The translations under genes were made by a program, and so were the position numbers. Below the pieces are notes generated by a model that was given only the letters and a program-made list of their open reading frames with translations, did not search any database and was not told the DNA's origin. A stretch of 47,473 nucleotides of DNA, taken from a virus. Shown here piece by piece: positions 7,191-16,129 of this stretch; the first letter of the stretch is position 1; each line of letters starts with the position of its first letter. The stretch lies in IMG/VR virus record IMGVR_UViG_3300003660_000011; one strand, 5' to 3'.

Positions 7191-7427
7191 ATGCAGGAAG
7201 ACTACGACACCCCGCCCCAGCCGCGCCAGATGCCAGAGGGCTATCTGACGCCGACAGCGATGCTGGACGCGCTCACCCCGCTCGAGGTAGGGGAGAAGTA
7301 CCATATCCCCGCCACGATCTTCACTCGCACTTCGCGGCCGTACATCTCCCGTACGGGGCGTCTGCTGAGACGGGGCTTCTCCGTGCGCAAGACGCAGCAC
7401 GGGTATAACGTCTGGCGGATGTGGTAG
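7191..7427 (+). CDS. Hypothetical basic protein (78 aa)
   Basis: AGGAGG 4 nt upstream of the ATG. About 85% G/C at third positions. No family recognised. Confidence 0.65.
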   Translation: MQEDYDTPPQPRQMPEGYLTPTAMLDALTPLEVGEKYHIPATIFTRTSRPYISRTGRLLRRGFSVRKTQHGYNVWRMW

Positions 7428-7431
7428 GGGG

Positions 7432-7460
7432 TTGACATAGGTACTTGTTCGTCGTACGGT
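7432..7460 (+). promoter_or_regulatory. Sigma70-like promoter TTGACA-17-TACGGT
   Basis: -35 at 7432-7437, 17-nt spacer, -10 at 7455-7460. It lies 29 nt upstream of ATG 7489, which has an AAGGAG RBS. Confidence 0.5.
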
Positions 7461-7488
7461 GAAAATCAGTGAACAAGGAGAGACCCCG

Positions 7489-7692
7489 ATGCGACAGTAC
7501 CAACCCCGCCCGCTCCTCTCGGACCTCGACGCGATCATGGTCTTGGAAGGCGGCGATGCCGACGAGGAAACCCAGGTCGAGGCCATGCAGGCGTTGATCG
7601 ACAGCGGCACCGTCTGGAAGCTGCAAGGTTCCTACCACCGCGCCGCCGAGCACATGATCTCGGCCGGCCTCTGCACCCAGAAGGAGAACTGA
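7489..7692 (+). CDS. Hypothetical acidic protein (67 aa)
   Basis: AAGGAG at 7475-7480, ATG at 7489. Composition is plausible. The GTG 7459 start in the ORF track would overlap the promoter. Confidence 0.6.
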   Translation: MRQYQPRPLLSDLDAIMVLEGGDADEETQVEAMQALIDSGTVWKLQGSYHRAAEHMISAGLCTQKEN

Positions 7693-7693
7693 A

Positions 7694-8338
7694 ATGCGTA
7701 ACGAGGTCACCCCCACGATGTCGGTGCACGGTATGCTCGACGCCGCTTTCACCTTCTTCAACCGCCGGCTCTTCGATGACGAGCTGCCGGTCTGTCTGAT
7801 CACGATCCAGCGCAGCCGCACCGCGCACGGCTACTTCTGGGGCGACATGGTCGCCGCCCGGGCCGGCGAGGGAACGATCGACGAGATCATGATGAACGGG
7901 ATCACGATGGCCCGGGAACCGGCCGTGGTCTTGTCGACCCTGGTGCACGAGATGACCCACGTCTGGCAGCACTACTATGGCAAGCCGGCCAAGGGCGGGT
8001 ATCACAACAAGGAGTGGGCCTGGAAAATGCGCGAGGTCGGCTTGATCCCGTCGACCACGGGCGCCGAGGGCGGGGCCCAGACCGGGAAGAAGGTTTCACA
8101 CTACATCGACCCCGAGGGGCACTTCAGCGTGTTCGTCGAGGAGTTCCTGAAGGAGCACGGCATCGACTGGCACCTCCTGGCCGCCCCGGTGAAGGAAAAG
8201 AAGAAGGACCTGTCGAAGGTCAAGCACACCTGCCCGGAGTGCCAGCTGAAGGTCTGGGGCAAGGTCGGCATCAAGGTCTTCTGCGAGGACTGCGACGTGC
8301 GGCTGCTGCCTGAGGGCCACGAGGAGGACGAGGAATGA
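7694..8338 (+). CDS. SprT-like zinc metalloprotease with C-terminal zinc ribbon
   Basis: LVHEMTHVWQ (HExxH) in a SprT-like context. C-terminal CPECQ...CEDCD. AAGGAGA RBS. Confidence 0.7.
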   Translation: MRNEVTPTMSVHGMLDAAFTFFNRRLFDDELPVCLITIQRSRTAHGYFWGDMVAARAGEGTIDEIMMNGITMAREPAVVLSTLVHEMTHVWQHYYGKPAKGGYHNKEWAWKMREVGLIPSTTGAEGGAQTGKKVSHYIDPEGHFSVFVEEFLKEHGIDWHLLAAPVKEKKKDLSKVKHTCPECQLKVWGKVGIKVFCEDCDVRLLPEGHEEDEE

Positions 8339-8649
8339 GGTACTTTGCGATCCTGCACAAGTCGACGGGCTTCTACCTCCCGCCTGCGCTCGGTGCGGGC
8401 GGGAGGGGCTTCACCTACCAAGAGCCTGCCGATCCGGCCATCCGGGCACCTAGGCTTTTCACCTCTGAAGGCGCTGCGAAGACTGCGCTGACATGGTGGC
8501 TGAAGGGGATCACGACCGTGACCCACACCGCTGCCGACTGGTTCAACGGCGAAGATGGCGACGAGCACTGGCACACGCAGCCTGTCGTAGACCGGCGCGC
8601 CGAAGGTATGGAGATTGTCGAGCTGCACCTTGTTCGACCCACAAGATAG
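8335..8649 (+). CDS. Hypothetical protein (104 aa)
   Basis: ATGA overlap with the SprT-like gene. No motif recognised. Confidence 0.55.
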   Translation: MRYFAILHKSTGFYLPPALGAGGRGFTYQEPADPAIRAPRLFTSEGAAKTALTWWLKGITTVTHTAADWFNGEDGDEHWHTQPVVDRRAEGMEIVELHLVRPTR

Positions 8650-8653
8650 GTAC

Positions 8654-8683
8654 TTGACACCGCCCCACGGGGCGGTGTACACA
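8654..8683 (+). promoter_or_regulatory. Promoter-like TTGACA-18-TACACA overlapping an 8-bp GC hairpin (8657-8678)
   Basis: The -35 is perfect but the -10 is poor. The hairpin ACACCGCC/GGCGGTGT follows the stop of 8335-8649 directly and has no T tract. Confidence 0.3.
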
Positions 8684-8826
8684 GGAGGAAGGCGAGAAGC
8701 GAGGTACTGTGGAGGTCCGAGCGAGAAGCCTTGAGAAGGGGAGAGCGGTGTAGGACAGAAACCTGCCGCTCTCCCTGGACAACCCGGCCGGGCGGACCCC
8801 GGAGCACTGCAGAAGGATCGCCTGAA

Positions 8827-9318
8827 ATGGCCATCAACCTTGAAACCACCCGCCGCATCGTTCTCTTCGAGATCGACCGCCGCGACCCCCACGACCTCGC
8901 CCGCTTCCACCGCAACATCAGCCAGTCGATCGCCGACCAGACGATCTCGGCCGATGATTTCGAAGAGGTTATCGGCTCGTACGAGGGCAAGATGAACGTC
9001 GCCTACTGCATGTCGCAGGACGCATTTGATCGTATCTTCGGACGCATCGAATGGCACATGTCGCAGGGCGCATTTGATCGTGTCTTCGGACGCATCGAAC
9101 GGTACATGCGCGGGCAGACCGAGGTTTACCAGTACGACCTCGACGCGATGGTCCTGACCACACTGTCCTACGTTCCGGCCACGGACCACTGGGCCAAGAG
9201 CTTCCACACCTGGTGCACCGGGCACGCCGTCGGCGTCGAACTCCCGAGCGGCGCACCCGGATGGACGTTCTTCCCGTCGAGCGGCCTGTACTTCACTCTG
9301 TTGGCGGGGGACATGTGA
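8827..9318 (+). CDS. Hypothetical protein (163 aa) with an internal 16-aa tandem duplication
   Basis: AAGGA RBS. The upstream in-frame TTG extension has low third-position G+C, so ATG 8827 is preferred. MSQDAFDRIFGRIEWH is followed by MSQGAFDRVFGRIERY. Confidence 0.6.
   Translation: MAINLETTRRIVLFEIDRRDPHDLARFHRNISQSIADQTISADDFEEVIGSYEGKMNVAYCMSQDAFDRIFGRIEWHMSQGAFDRVFGRIERYMRGQTEVYQYDLDAMVLTTLSYVPATDHWAKSFHTWCTGHAVGVELPSGAPGWTFFPSSGLYFTLLAGDM
9010..9105 (+). repeat. 48-nt in-frame tandem duplication (2 copies, 4 mismatches)
   Basis: 9010-9057 against 9058-9105, aligned by eye. A third unit begins (ATGCGC) but diverges. Confidence 0.85.
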
Positions 9319-9584
9319 TGGCCGTGAGCCTGTTTACGCTGAAACCGCGCCGCGCCCTCGGCATCGCGCGCGGCGAGATCGAGGCCTACGGGGTCGAGGA
9401 GTGCATCGCCGCGTGGCAGCGCGTTCACGACCTCGGCCTTCACTACCAGCTCCTCGACTGGCAGCTGGGCGTGATGCAGAACCTCGTGTTCGGCCAGGTT
9501 GTCGAGAGCGCGGAGCGCGTGATCCCGCACAAGCCGGCCAGGTATTCCCCGTACGGGGCACTTCGGGAGATCGAGACCCGCTGA
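9318..9584 (+). CDS. Hypothetical protein (88 aa)
   Basis: The start overlaps the upstream stop (ATGTGATG). No motif recognised. Confidence 0.55.
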   Translation: MAVSLFTLKPRRALGIARGEIEAYGVEECIAAWQRVHDLGLHYQLLDWQLGVMQNLVFGQVVESAERVIPHKPARYSPYGALREIETR

Positions 9585-9604
9585 CAGCGCGGCGCCTTGA
9601 CTTG

Positions 9605-9640
9605 AACGCCCGGCTTGAACAGCCGGGCGTTTTCGTTTAT
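9605..9640 (+). terminator. Strong rho-independent terminator between the early/middle genes and the terminase genes
   Basis: 11-bp perfect stem AACGCCCGGCT/AGCCGGGCGTT, loop TGAAC, then TTTTCGTTTAT. Confidence 0.8.
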
Positions 9641-9650
9641 CTCTGGTGGT

Positions 9651-10133
9651 ATGGCACAGACAGGACGACCCACCAAGTACACACCGGAGATGGACGAAGC
9701 GCTGAAAGCCGCGGCGGATAGCGGCGCGCTGGGCGCGTGCACCGTCAACGAGGTGGCGAAGGTACTCGAGGTAAGTGCGCAGACAATCTACGAATGGATC
9801 GGCAAGCACAAGAGCTTTTCTGAGGCCTTCGCGTACGCGCGGCGCACCGCCGACCGGCAGATCGAGAGCGCTCTGTTCAAGAAAGCGAAGGGTTTCGATT
9901 TCACCGAGACCACGAAGACCACGCGAGAGGGTGGCGGCAAGGAGGGCGACAGCCTGACCCAGGTCACCGAGAGCGTGAAGCACGTCTACGTGCCGCCCGA
10001 CACCCCGGCCGCAATCTTCTGGCTGAAGAACCGCGACCCGGAGCGCTGGTCGGACAAGACCAAGGTCGAGGTCACCGGCGACTTCGCCGACCAGGTCGAG
10101 GCCTACCTGGCCTCCCAGCGGAAGGATGCATGA
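9651..10133 (+). CDS. terS: Terminase small subunit
   Basis: N-terminal GRPTKYTPEM plus the HTH VAKVLEVSAQTIYEWI, later FWLKNRDPERW. I recognise this pattern from phage TerS proteins. ATGA-coupled to terL. Confidence 0.7.
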   Translation: MAQTGRPTKYTPEMDEALKAAADSGALGACTVNEVAKVLEVSAQTIYEWIGKHKSFSEAFAYARRTADRQIESALFKKAKGFDFTETTKTTREGGGKEGDSLTQVTESVKHVYVPPDTPAAIFWLKNRDPERWSDKTKVEVTGDFADQVEAYLASQRKDA

Positions 10134-11608
10134 GCCCCGAAGAGTTCAAGCAGATCAAGATCAAGATCGCAGCAGAGGGTCGGTATGATCCTCTGCTTTT
10201 CGCTGAGCGATCGTGGCAGTGGGGGAAGGGAAAGCTCAAGGGCCAGGACATCCGCGTCTGGCAAGCCGACATCCTCGACGTGATCGCCCAGCACCTGATT
10301 AACCCGGAGACGCGCTTTCAGCCGTTGCGCATCGCCGTCGCCTCGGGTCACGGCATCGGGAAGTCGGCCGAGATCGGGATGCTCACCACATGGGCACTGA
10401 CATGCTTCCGCGATCCGCGCATCGTGATCACCGCGAACACCGAGCAGCAGCTGGTAACGAAAACCAGCCCAGAGGTCGGCCAGTGGGTCAACACCTCGCT
10501 TTTCAGCGACCTGTTCGAAGTCTCGACGATGTCGATCAAGATGAAGTCCCGACCGGAGCAGCATCGCGCCGACTTCGTGACATGGTCCGAGACCAACACC
10601 GAGGCTTTCGCTGGCCTGCACGCCCTGGGCCGCATCGTCCTGCTGATCATGGACGAGGCGTCGGGCATACCTGAGGAAATCTTCCGCGTGGCCGAGGGCG
10701 CCATGACCGACGAGAACACGGTCCTGATCCACATCGCCTTCGGGAACCCCACGCTGAACACCGGCCCGTTCCGTGAGTGCTTCAGGAAAAATCGTAAGCG
10801 CTGGGTCACCCGCAACATCGACAGCCGCACGGTCGAGGGCACCAACAAGGCTGCGCTGCAGCACATCATCGACGCGTATGGGGAGCACAGCGACGTCGCA
10901 AAGGTCCGGGTCATGGGCCAGTTCCCGTCGGCCGGCACGATGCAGTTCATCTCGACGCTGGATGTCGACAAGGCCTTCGGTCGCCACTACCCTGAGGCGT
11001 CGTACAAGTTCGCACCGGTGATCCTCGGCGTCGACCCGGCGTGGACGGGCGACGACGATCTGGTGATCGTGAAGCGCCAGGGCCTCGTGTCCGAGGTGCT
11101 GCGCGTGCTGCCGAAGAACGACAACGACATGGAGGTCGGGGCGCTCCTCGCCAACCTCGAGCGCGAGCACAAGGCCGACGCGGTCTTCATTGACGGCGGC
11201 TATGGCACGGGCATCTACTCGTACGGCAAGACGTCCGGGAAGGACTGGCGCCTGGTATGGTTCGCCGGCGAGAGCCCCGACCCAGGCTACCTGAACATGC
11301 GGGCGTTCATATGGAAGGAGATGCGCGATTGGCTGAAAGCGGGCGGGTCGATCCCCCAGGACCAGAAGCTCTACGAAGACTTGATCGGGGTTGAGACCAA
11401 GCCAGGCGACCGGAACGGACGCACCCAGCTCCTTTCGAAAGAGGAGATGAAGAAGAAGAACCTGCCGTCACCGAACCGGGCGGACGCGTTGGCCTTGACT
11501 TTCGCAGCGCATGTTGAGAGAAAGGTACATCAGCCGCACGACCCCCGTCGGCGCGAACAGAATGCTGCCCTCACCGGCGGCGAAGTTTTTGATCCGTACG
11601 GGGGATAA
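10130..11608 (+). CDS. terL: Terminase large subunit
   Basis: Walker A-like GHGIGKS, Walker B LLIMDEASG, and C-terminal nuclease acidic motifs GVDPAWTGDD and VFIDGGYG. 492 aa. Confidence 0.85.
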   Translation: MSPEEFKQIKIKIAAEGRYDPLLFAERSWQWGKGKLKGQDIRVWQADILDVIAQHLINPETRFQPLRIAVASGHGIGKSAEIGMLTTWALTCFRDPRIVITANTEQQLVTKTSPEVGQWVNTSLFSDLFEVSTMSIKMKSRPEQHRADFVTWSETNTEAFAGLHALGRIVLLIMDEASGIPEEIFRVAEGAMTDENTVLIHIAFGNPTLNTGPFRECFRKNRKRWVTRNIDSRTVEGTNKAALQHIIDAYGEHSDVAKVRVMGQFPSAGTMQFISTLDVDKAFGRHYPEASYKFAPVILGVDPAWTGDDDLVIVKRQGLVSEVLRVLPKNDNDMEVGALLANLEREHKADAVFIDGGYGTGIYSYGKTSGKDWRLVWFAGESPDPGYLNMRAFIWKEMRDWLKAGGSIPQDQKLYEDLIGVETKPGDRNGRTQLLSKEEMKKKNLPSPNRADALALTFAAHVERKVHQPHDPRRREQNAALTGGEVFDPYGG

Positions 11609-11612
11609 ACGA

Positions 11613-11813
11613 ATGTGCAAGCCCAAGGTCCCACCCATGCCGGCCATGCCTCCGCCCCGCGCGGCGAACCAGGCACCGCAGCGGGCAGGGGCGGCCGCCG
11701 CCGCGAGTCAGCGCATCGGCGCAGCCTACGGCGGCCGAAACCAGGTCCCGCAATTCGCGCTGCCCGTCCTGACGGCCAAGCTCGGGGGCATGACCACAGT
11801 GCTTGGAGGCTGA
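11613..11813 (+). CDS. Small Pro/Ala-rich hypothetical protein (66 aa)
   Basis: ATG 5 nt after the terL stop. High third-position G+C in this frame. No family recognised. Confidence 0.5.
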   Translation: MCKPKVPPMPAMPPPRAANQAPQRAGAAAAASQRIGAAYGGRNQVPQFALPVLTAKLGGMTTVLGG

Positions 11814-11814
11814 C

Positions 11815-13569
11815 ATGCAGATGGACGAGTACAAGCGGGCGAACCGCATCGCGCTCAGCATGAAGGAGCACCGGCAGAAGTGGGACCCTGACTTCGTCGA
11901 ACTCAGCGAGCTGATCCTCCCGACCCGTGGGCTGTTCAACCGAGACCCGGCGCACCGCGAGCGGGCGCAAGAGGGCAAGGTCGGCAACCTCAACCGCAAG
12001 ATGCTCGACAGCACGCCGCGCCAGGCCCTGCGCATCCTGCAATCCGGGATGCAGTCCGGCCTGAGCAACAGGGCGCGGCCGTGGTTCCGGCTGAAGACCG
12101 GCGATACCGCGCTGAACCAGCGCCCCGCCGTGCGGGACTACTTCGACGCGGCGACCCGGGAGGCGCGCAGCCTGCTTGCGAGCTCCGGGCTCTACAACAT
12201 GCTGCACACCGGGTATGGGGACCTCGGCACCTATGGCACCGAGTGCGCGCTGCTCTCGCTCGATCCCATGCGCCCGCTGACCGGGATGCAGCTGGTGCCA
12301 GGATCGTACTGGCTGGGCGCCTCCGGGCAGAACGAGATCGACACGCTGTATCGCGAGTACGCAACGACCGTGAACCAGGTCGTCGGCAAGTTCGTCTACA
12401 AGGGCGAGCGCTACGGTAAGCCGGACTGGACCGTCGTGCCTGAGCGGATCAAGAAGCTCTTCGACGACGGTGACATCGGCAGCGCGCTGTCGATCTCCCA
12501 CATGGTCACACCGCGGCACGAGGGGATGTATGGCCTCGCACCGAAGGATAAACCCGTCGCGTCCGTCTACTGGCTCTGCGATGCCGCCGGCACGGAGCAT
12601 CACCAGAAGACCGGACGCCTGCTCGGCGTCAGTGGTTTTGACCGCAACCCGATCTCGGCGTCGCGCTGGGAGGTCATGGGCGAGAGCGTCTACGGGGTCA
12701 GCCCGGGCATGGACGCGTCGCCCGACATCCGCGAGCTGATGTCCAAGCGCCGCGAGTACGCCGAGATGCTGCGCCGGGCGAACCGCCCGACCATGAACGC
12801 CCACACCGACCTGCGCAACTCGAGCTTCTCCATGCTGCCGGGCGCGGTCAACTTCATGTCCGACCCGGCGAAGGGCCTCGTCCCGGCGTTCCAGGTGAAC
12901 CCCGAGTTCCAAGCCCTGGGCATGGACATCAACGAGACCCGCGAGCGCATCTGGTCGGCCATGTACGCAGACCTGTTCATGATGATCTCCAACCTCGATC
13001 GGCGGCAGATCACCGCCCGCGAGATCGACGAGCGCTCGGAGGAGAAACTCCTGGCTCTCGGCCCGACTGTCGAGCGGCAGGAGTACGAGAAGCTGAACCC
13101 GCTGCTTGAGAACGTGTTCGTCTACGCCGTCGAGACGGGCCGCCTGCCGCCCGTACCGGACGAGCTCAAGGACGTGGACATCGAGATTGAGTACACTTCG
13201 ATGCTGGCCCAGGCCCAGCGCGCCGTCGAGACGGGCGGCCTCGAGCGTCTGTGGGCCTTCGCGGGCAACATCTCGGCCGTGAAGCCGGATGTCCTCGACA
13301 AGCTCGACGCTGACCAGTCGATCGACGAGTACAGCGACATGATCGGCGTCTCGAACGGCGTCGTCCTGCCGGACGAGAAGGTGGCTGAGCTGCGCCAGGC
13401 GCGGCAGGCCCAGCTCGAGCGGCAGCAGCAGCTCGAGACGATGGCGACGATGGCCCCGGCGATCAACCAAGGCGCGCAAGCCGCCAAGGTACTGGCCGAG
13501 GCCGACAGTCCACGCGGTCCGAGCCCCGGAGACATCCTCCGGCGGATCGGCGCCGCGCCCGGTATTTAA
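11815..13569 (+). CDS. Portal (head-to-tail connector) protein
   Basis: 584 aa immediately after the terminase genes. GGAGG RBS 5 nt before ATG 11815. Called from position, size and a T7-type connector-like sequence style. Confidence 0.75.
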   Translation: MQMDEYKRANRIALSMKEHRQKWDPDFVELSELILPTRGLFNRDPAHRERAQEGKVGNLNRKMLDSTPRQALRILQSGMQSGLSNRARPWFRLKTGDTALNQRPAVRDYFDAATREARSLLASSGLYNMLHTGYGDLGTYGTECALLSLDPMRPLTGMQLVPGSYWLGASGQNEIDTLYREYATTVNQVVGKFVYKGERYGKPDWTVVPERIKKLFDDGDIGSALSISHMVTPRHEGMYGLAPKDKPVASVYWLCDAAGTEHHQKTGRLLGVSGFDRNPISASRWEVMGESVYGVSPGMDASPDIRELMSKRREYAEMLRRANRPTMNAHTDLRNSSFSMLPGAVNFMSDPAKGLVPAFQVNPEFQALGMDINETRERIWSAMYADLFMMISNLDRRQITAREIDERSEEKLLALGPTVERQEYEKLNPLLENVFVYAVETGRLPPVPDELKDVDIEIEYTSMLAQAQRAVETGGLERLWAFAGNISAVKPDVLDKLDADQSIDEYSDMIGVSNGVVLPDEKVAELRQARQAQLERQQQLETMATMAPAINQGAQAAKVLAEADSPRGPSPGDILRRIGAAPGI

Positions 13570-13581
13570 GGGGGTTGAAGT

Positions 13582-13902
13582 ATGGCAGCGAGTGATGGTA
13601 CAGTTGCGGCGCGTACTGGGCAGGATCGGGATGATCTCGACGCCGTGCTCCGTACGACGGAAGGCCGACGGTTCGTCCGCCGCCTTCTGACGGAAGCAGG
13701 GCTCTATGAGTTTTCCCCGCAAGGGTTGGACCCGCAGGCGTTGCTCTACACTGCGGCGAAACGGGACTTCGGTCTCCTGATCGTCGCGATGGTCACGGAC
13801 GTCGACCCCCGGATGTTCGCGATGCTGACGAGAGAAGCTGCCGACGACGCGGTGCGCGAAGCGGCAAACATGATGGGGGACCCCGATGAATTGGAAGGAT
13901 AA
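13582..13902 (+). CDS. Small head-module protein in the Bbp19-like position (106 aa)
   Basis: Lies between portal and scaffold, as in BPP-1-type head modules. No catalytic motif. Function unknown. Confidence 0.5.
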   Translation: MAASDGTVAARTGQDRDDLDAVLRTTEGRRFVRRLLTEAGLYEFSPQGLDPQALLYTAAKRDFGLLIVAMVTDVDPRMFAMLTREAADDAVREAANMMGDPDELEG

Positions 13903-14623
13903 GCTCCTGCTCTTGCGAGCACCCGAGGATGAGACCGGCGGCGGTGACGACACCGGCGGCGATGTCGAACAGGTCCTGGGCGCTGATGCACCTGCGGGCA
14001 AGCCAGACGGCAAACCGGCCGATGCTCCCGCGGACAAGCCGGCGGACAAGCCGGCGGACGCACCGGCTGACAAGCAGGAGGAGCAGACCGACGAACAGAA
14101 GGCCGCAGCCGAAGCCGAGGCCAAGCTGAACGCGGTTCCCGGCGAGGAAGAGGCGTACGAGTTCGCGCTGCCCGAGGGGATGGAGGTCGACACCACGCTC
14201 GCCGAGAAAGCGCAGCCGGTGCTTCGCGAGCTGGGTCTCACTCGCGGCCAGGCCAACAAGCTGGCCGGGCTGATGGCCGAAGTGCGCAGTGCCGAGGCCA
14301 ACGCGATCGTCGACAACTACGTGGCAGGCCAGAAGGCCTACCTCGAGGCCGCGAAGAAGGACGAGGAGATCGGCGGGAACGGCTGGACCGAGACGGTCAA
14401 GCAGTCCAACGCCGCGCTGCAGAAGTTCGGAACCCCTGGACTGACTGCCGCCCTGCGCGAGCATGGGATGGCAAACCACCCGGAGATGATCCGCTTCATG
14501 AAGCGGGTCGCTCTCCACACCGCCGACGACACACTCGACAAGGGTGAGCATGTCGACACGACCAAAGTCCCGCCGGAGAGCCGGTGGTACGGGAAGACAA
14601 CGTCCACCACCAAGAAGAAGTAA
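13886..14623 (+). CDS. Scaffolding protein
   Basis: 245 aa, acidic and helical, with a low-complexity KPADAPADKPADKPAD tract. Directly upstream of the capsid gene. Confidence 0.6.
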   Translation: MNWKDKLLLLRAPEDETGGGDDTGGDVEQVLGADAPAGKPDGKPADAPADKPADKPADAPADKQEEQTDEQKAAAEAEAKLNAVPGEEEAYEFALPEGMEVDTTLAEKAQPVLRELGLTRGQANKLAGLMAEVRSAEANAIVDNYVAGQKAYLEAAKKDEEIGGNGWTETVKQSNAALQKFGTPGLTAALREHGMANHPEMIRFMKRVALHTADDTLDKGEHVDTTKVPPESRWYGKTTSTTKKK

Positions 14624-14634
14624 AGGGGTATCCT

Positions 14635-15636
14635 ATGGCAACGATCGGTAATTCTTACCTCACCTTGGCCGACCTGCGCAAGCAGCAGGACAAGGACGAC
14701 CAGATCGCGGACATCATCGAGATCATGGCGCAACAGAACGACATGCTGGGCGATGCCCCGACCGTCGAGTGCAACGAGGGCAACACGCACCTCACCACCA
14801 TTCGCGCAGGCCTGCCCACGCCGACCTGGCGGAAGCTCTATCAGGGCGTCCAGCCCACCAAGGGCACCACGACCCAGGTCCGCGACGCGACCGGGTACAT
14901 GGAGGACTGGTCCGAGATCGACGCCAAGCTCGTCGAGAAGGCCAAGAACCCGGCCAAGTTCCGCATGAACGAGGCGAAAGCCCACATCATGGGGATCGGC
15001 CACGAACTGGCGAAGCAGGTCGTCTACGGCGACACCGCGACGGCGCCCGAGAAGTTCACCGGCATGACGGCGCGCTACTCGGACCCGAACGCTGACAACG
15101 GCAACCAGCTGATCAACGGCGGCGGCGTCGGCGCGGACAACACCTCGGTGTGGTTCATCACCTGGGGCGAGCAGGCCACGCACCTGCTGTACCCCGAAGG
15201 GTCGCCGCTGGGCATCCAGCGCGAAGACAAGGGCAAGGACACGAAGGAGCTGACCGACGGTTCGCTCTACGACGTGTACCGCGAGAAGTTCGGCATGGAC
15301 GTCGGTCTCTCGGTCCGCGACTGGCGCCAGAACGTCCGCATCTGCAACATCGACGTCAGCAACCTGACGAAGAACGCAGCGACCGGCGCGGACCTGATCG
15401 ACCTGTTCATCGAGGCCCTGTACCGCCTCGACAACCCGAACATGGCCGGCGGCAACCTGGTCATCTACTGCTCGCGCACGATCGCCAAGTTCATGCACAA
15501 GCAGGCGATGAACAAGGCGAACGTCCAGCTGACGCTGGAAGAGTTCGCCGGTCGGAAAATCCCGACGTTCGCGGGCATCCCGATCAAGCGGATGGACGCG
15601 ATCCTCGAGACCGAGGCGGCCGTCACCGGCTTCTGA
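14635..15636 (+). CDS. Major capsid protein
   Basis: 333 aa. ATG 14635 after AAAGGGG. Follows the scaffold gene and is followed by a strong hairpin. Called from position and resemblance to BPP-1-type capsid proteins as I recall them. Confidence 0.7.
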   Translation: MATIGNSYLTLADLRKQQDKDDQIADIIEIMAQQNDMLGDAPTVECNEGNTHLTTIRAGLPTPTWRKLYQGVQPTKGTTTQVRDATGYMEDWSEIDAKLVEKAKNPAKFRMNEAKAHIMGIGHELAKQVVYGDTATAPEKFTGMTARYSDPNADNGNQLINGGGVGADNTSVWFITWGEQATHLLYPEGSPLGIQREDKGKDTKELTDGSLYDVYREKFGMDVGLSVRDWRQNVRICNIDVSNLTKNAATGADLIDLFIEALYRLDNPNMAGGNLVIYCSRTIAKFMHKQAMNKANVQLTLEEFAGRKIPTFAGIPIKRMDAILETEAAVTGF

Positions 15637-15648
15637 TCCTGAGCAACC

Positions 15649-15672
15649 AAGCCAGCGGGTAACCGCTGGCTT
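15649..15672 (+). terminator. 10-bp hairpin after the capsid gene; possible partial terminator or mRNA stabiliser
   Basis: AAGCCAGCGG, loop GTAA, CCGCTGGCTT. No T tract follows. Confidence 0.4.
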
Positions 15673-15697
15673 CCACGTACGAAGATGGGAGAACACC

Positions 15698-16129
15698 ATG
15701 ATTTTCGATCGACAGAACATGTTCTCGGATGCGCAGGCGATCACCGCTACCGCGCCTTCGACGGACGTCATTGACTTCGACGCACCGCAGACGCCGAAGC
15801 ACGCGAAGAACGCGATCACCCGGGACATGGGCAAGGGCCGCAAGCCCGACCTGCGCATCCAGGTCGTCGAGGCCTTCAACAACCTGACCTCGCTGACCGT
15901 GGCGGTCCAGGTTGACGACGCCGTGGGCTTCGGCACCGCGGTTACCGTGATGGACATGGTCATCCCGCTGGCCGGCCTGAGGGCCGGCGCGGTGATCCTG
16001 CCCGAGCAGCTGCCCCGCGGCATCAACAGGCGCTACATGCGCCTGCACTACACCGTCACCGGCGCCGCGCCCACCTTGGGCAGGATCACCGCTGGCCTCG
16101 TGTTCGGGAACGAGGAGCGCGACGTATGA
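15698..16129 (+). CDS. Putative capsid cement/decoration protein (Bbp16-like position)
   Basis: 143 aa directly after the capsid gene. The N-terminal MIFDRQNMFSDAQAIT...DVIDF pattern resembles the Bbp16-type family as I recall it. Confidence 0.45.
   Translation: MIFDRQNMFSDAQAITATAPSTDVIDFDAPQTPKHAKNAITRDMGKGRKPDLRIQVVEAFNNLTSLTVAVQVDDAVGFGTAVTVMDMVIPLAGLRAGAVILPEQLPRGINRRYMRLHYTVTGAAPTLGRITAGLVFGNEERDV

Noticed and set aside
7070-7408. 112-aa plus-strand ORF starting in the A+T island
   Set aside because: Its N-terminal part is simply the iterons translated (LLTLTPKLTPG). The remainder is an Arg/His/Pro-rich alternative frame of the well-supported gene 7191-7427 (AGGAGG RBS, about 85% G/C third positions).
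14000-14080. Short nucleotide repeats (CCGGCGGACAAG-type) in the scaffold gene
   Set aside because: They encode a low-complexity KPAD tract typical of scaffolding proteins. They are not a regulatory repeat or a mobile element.
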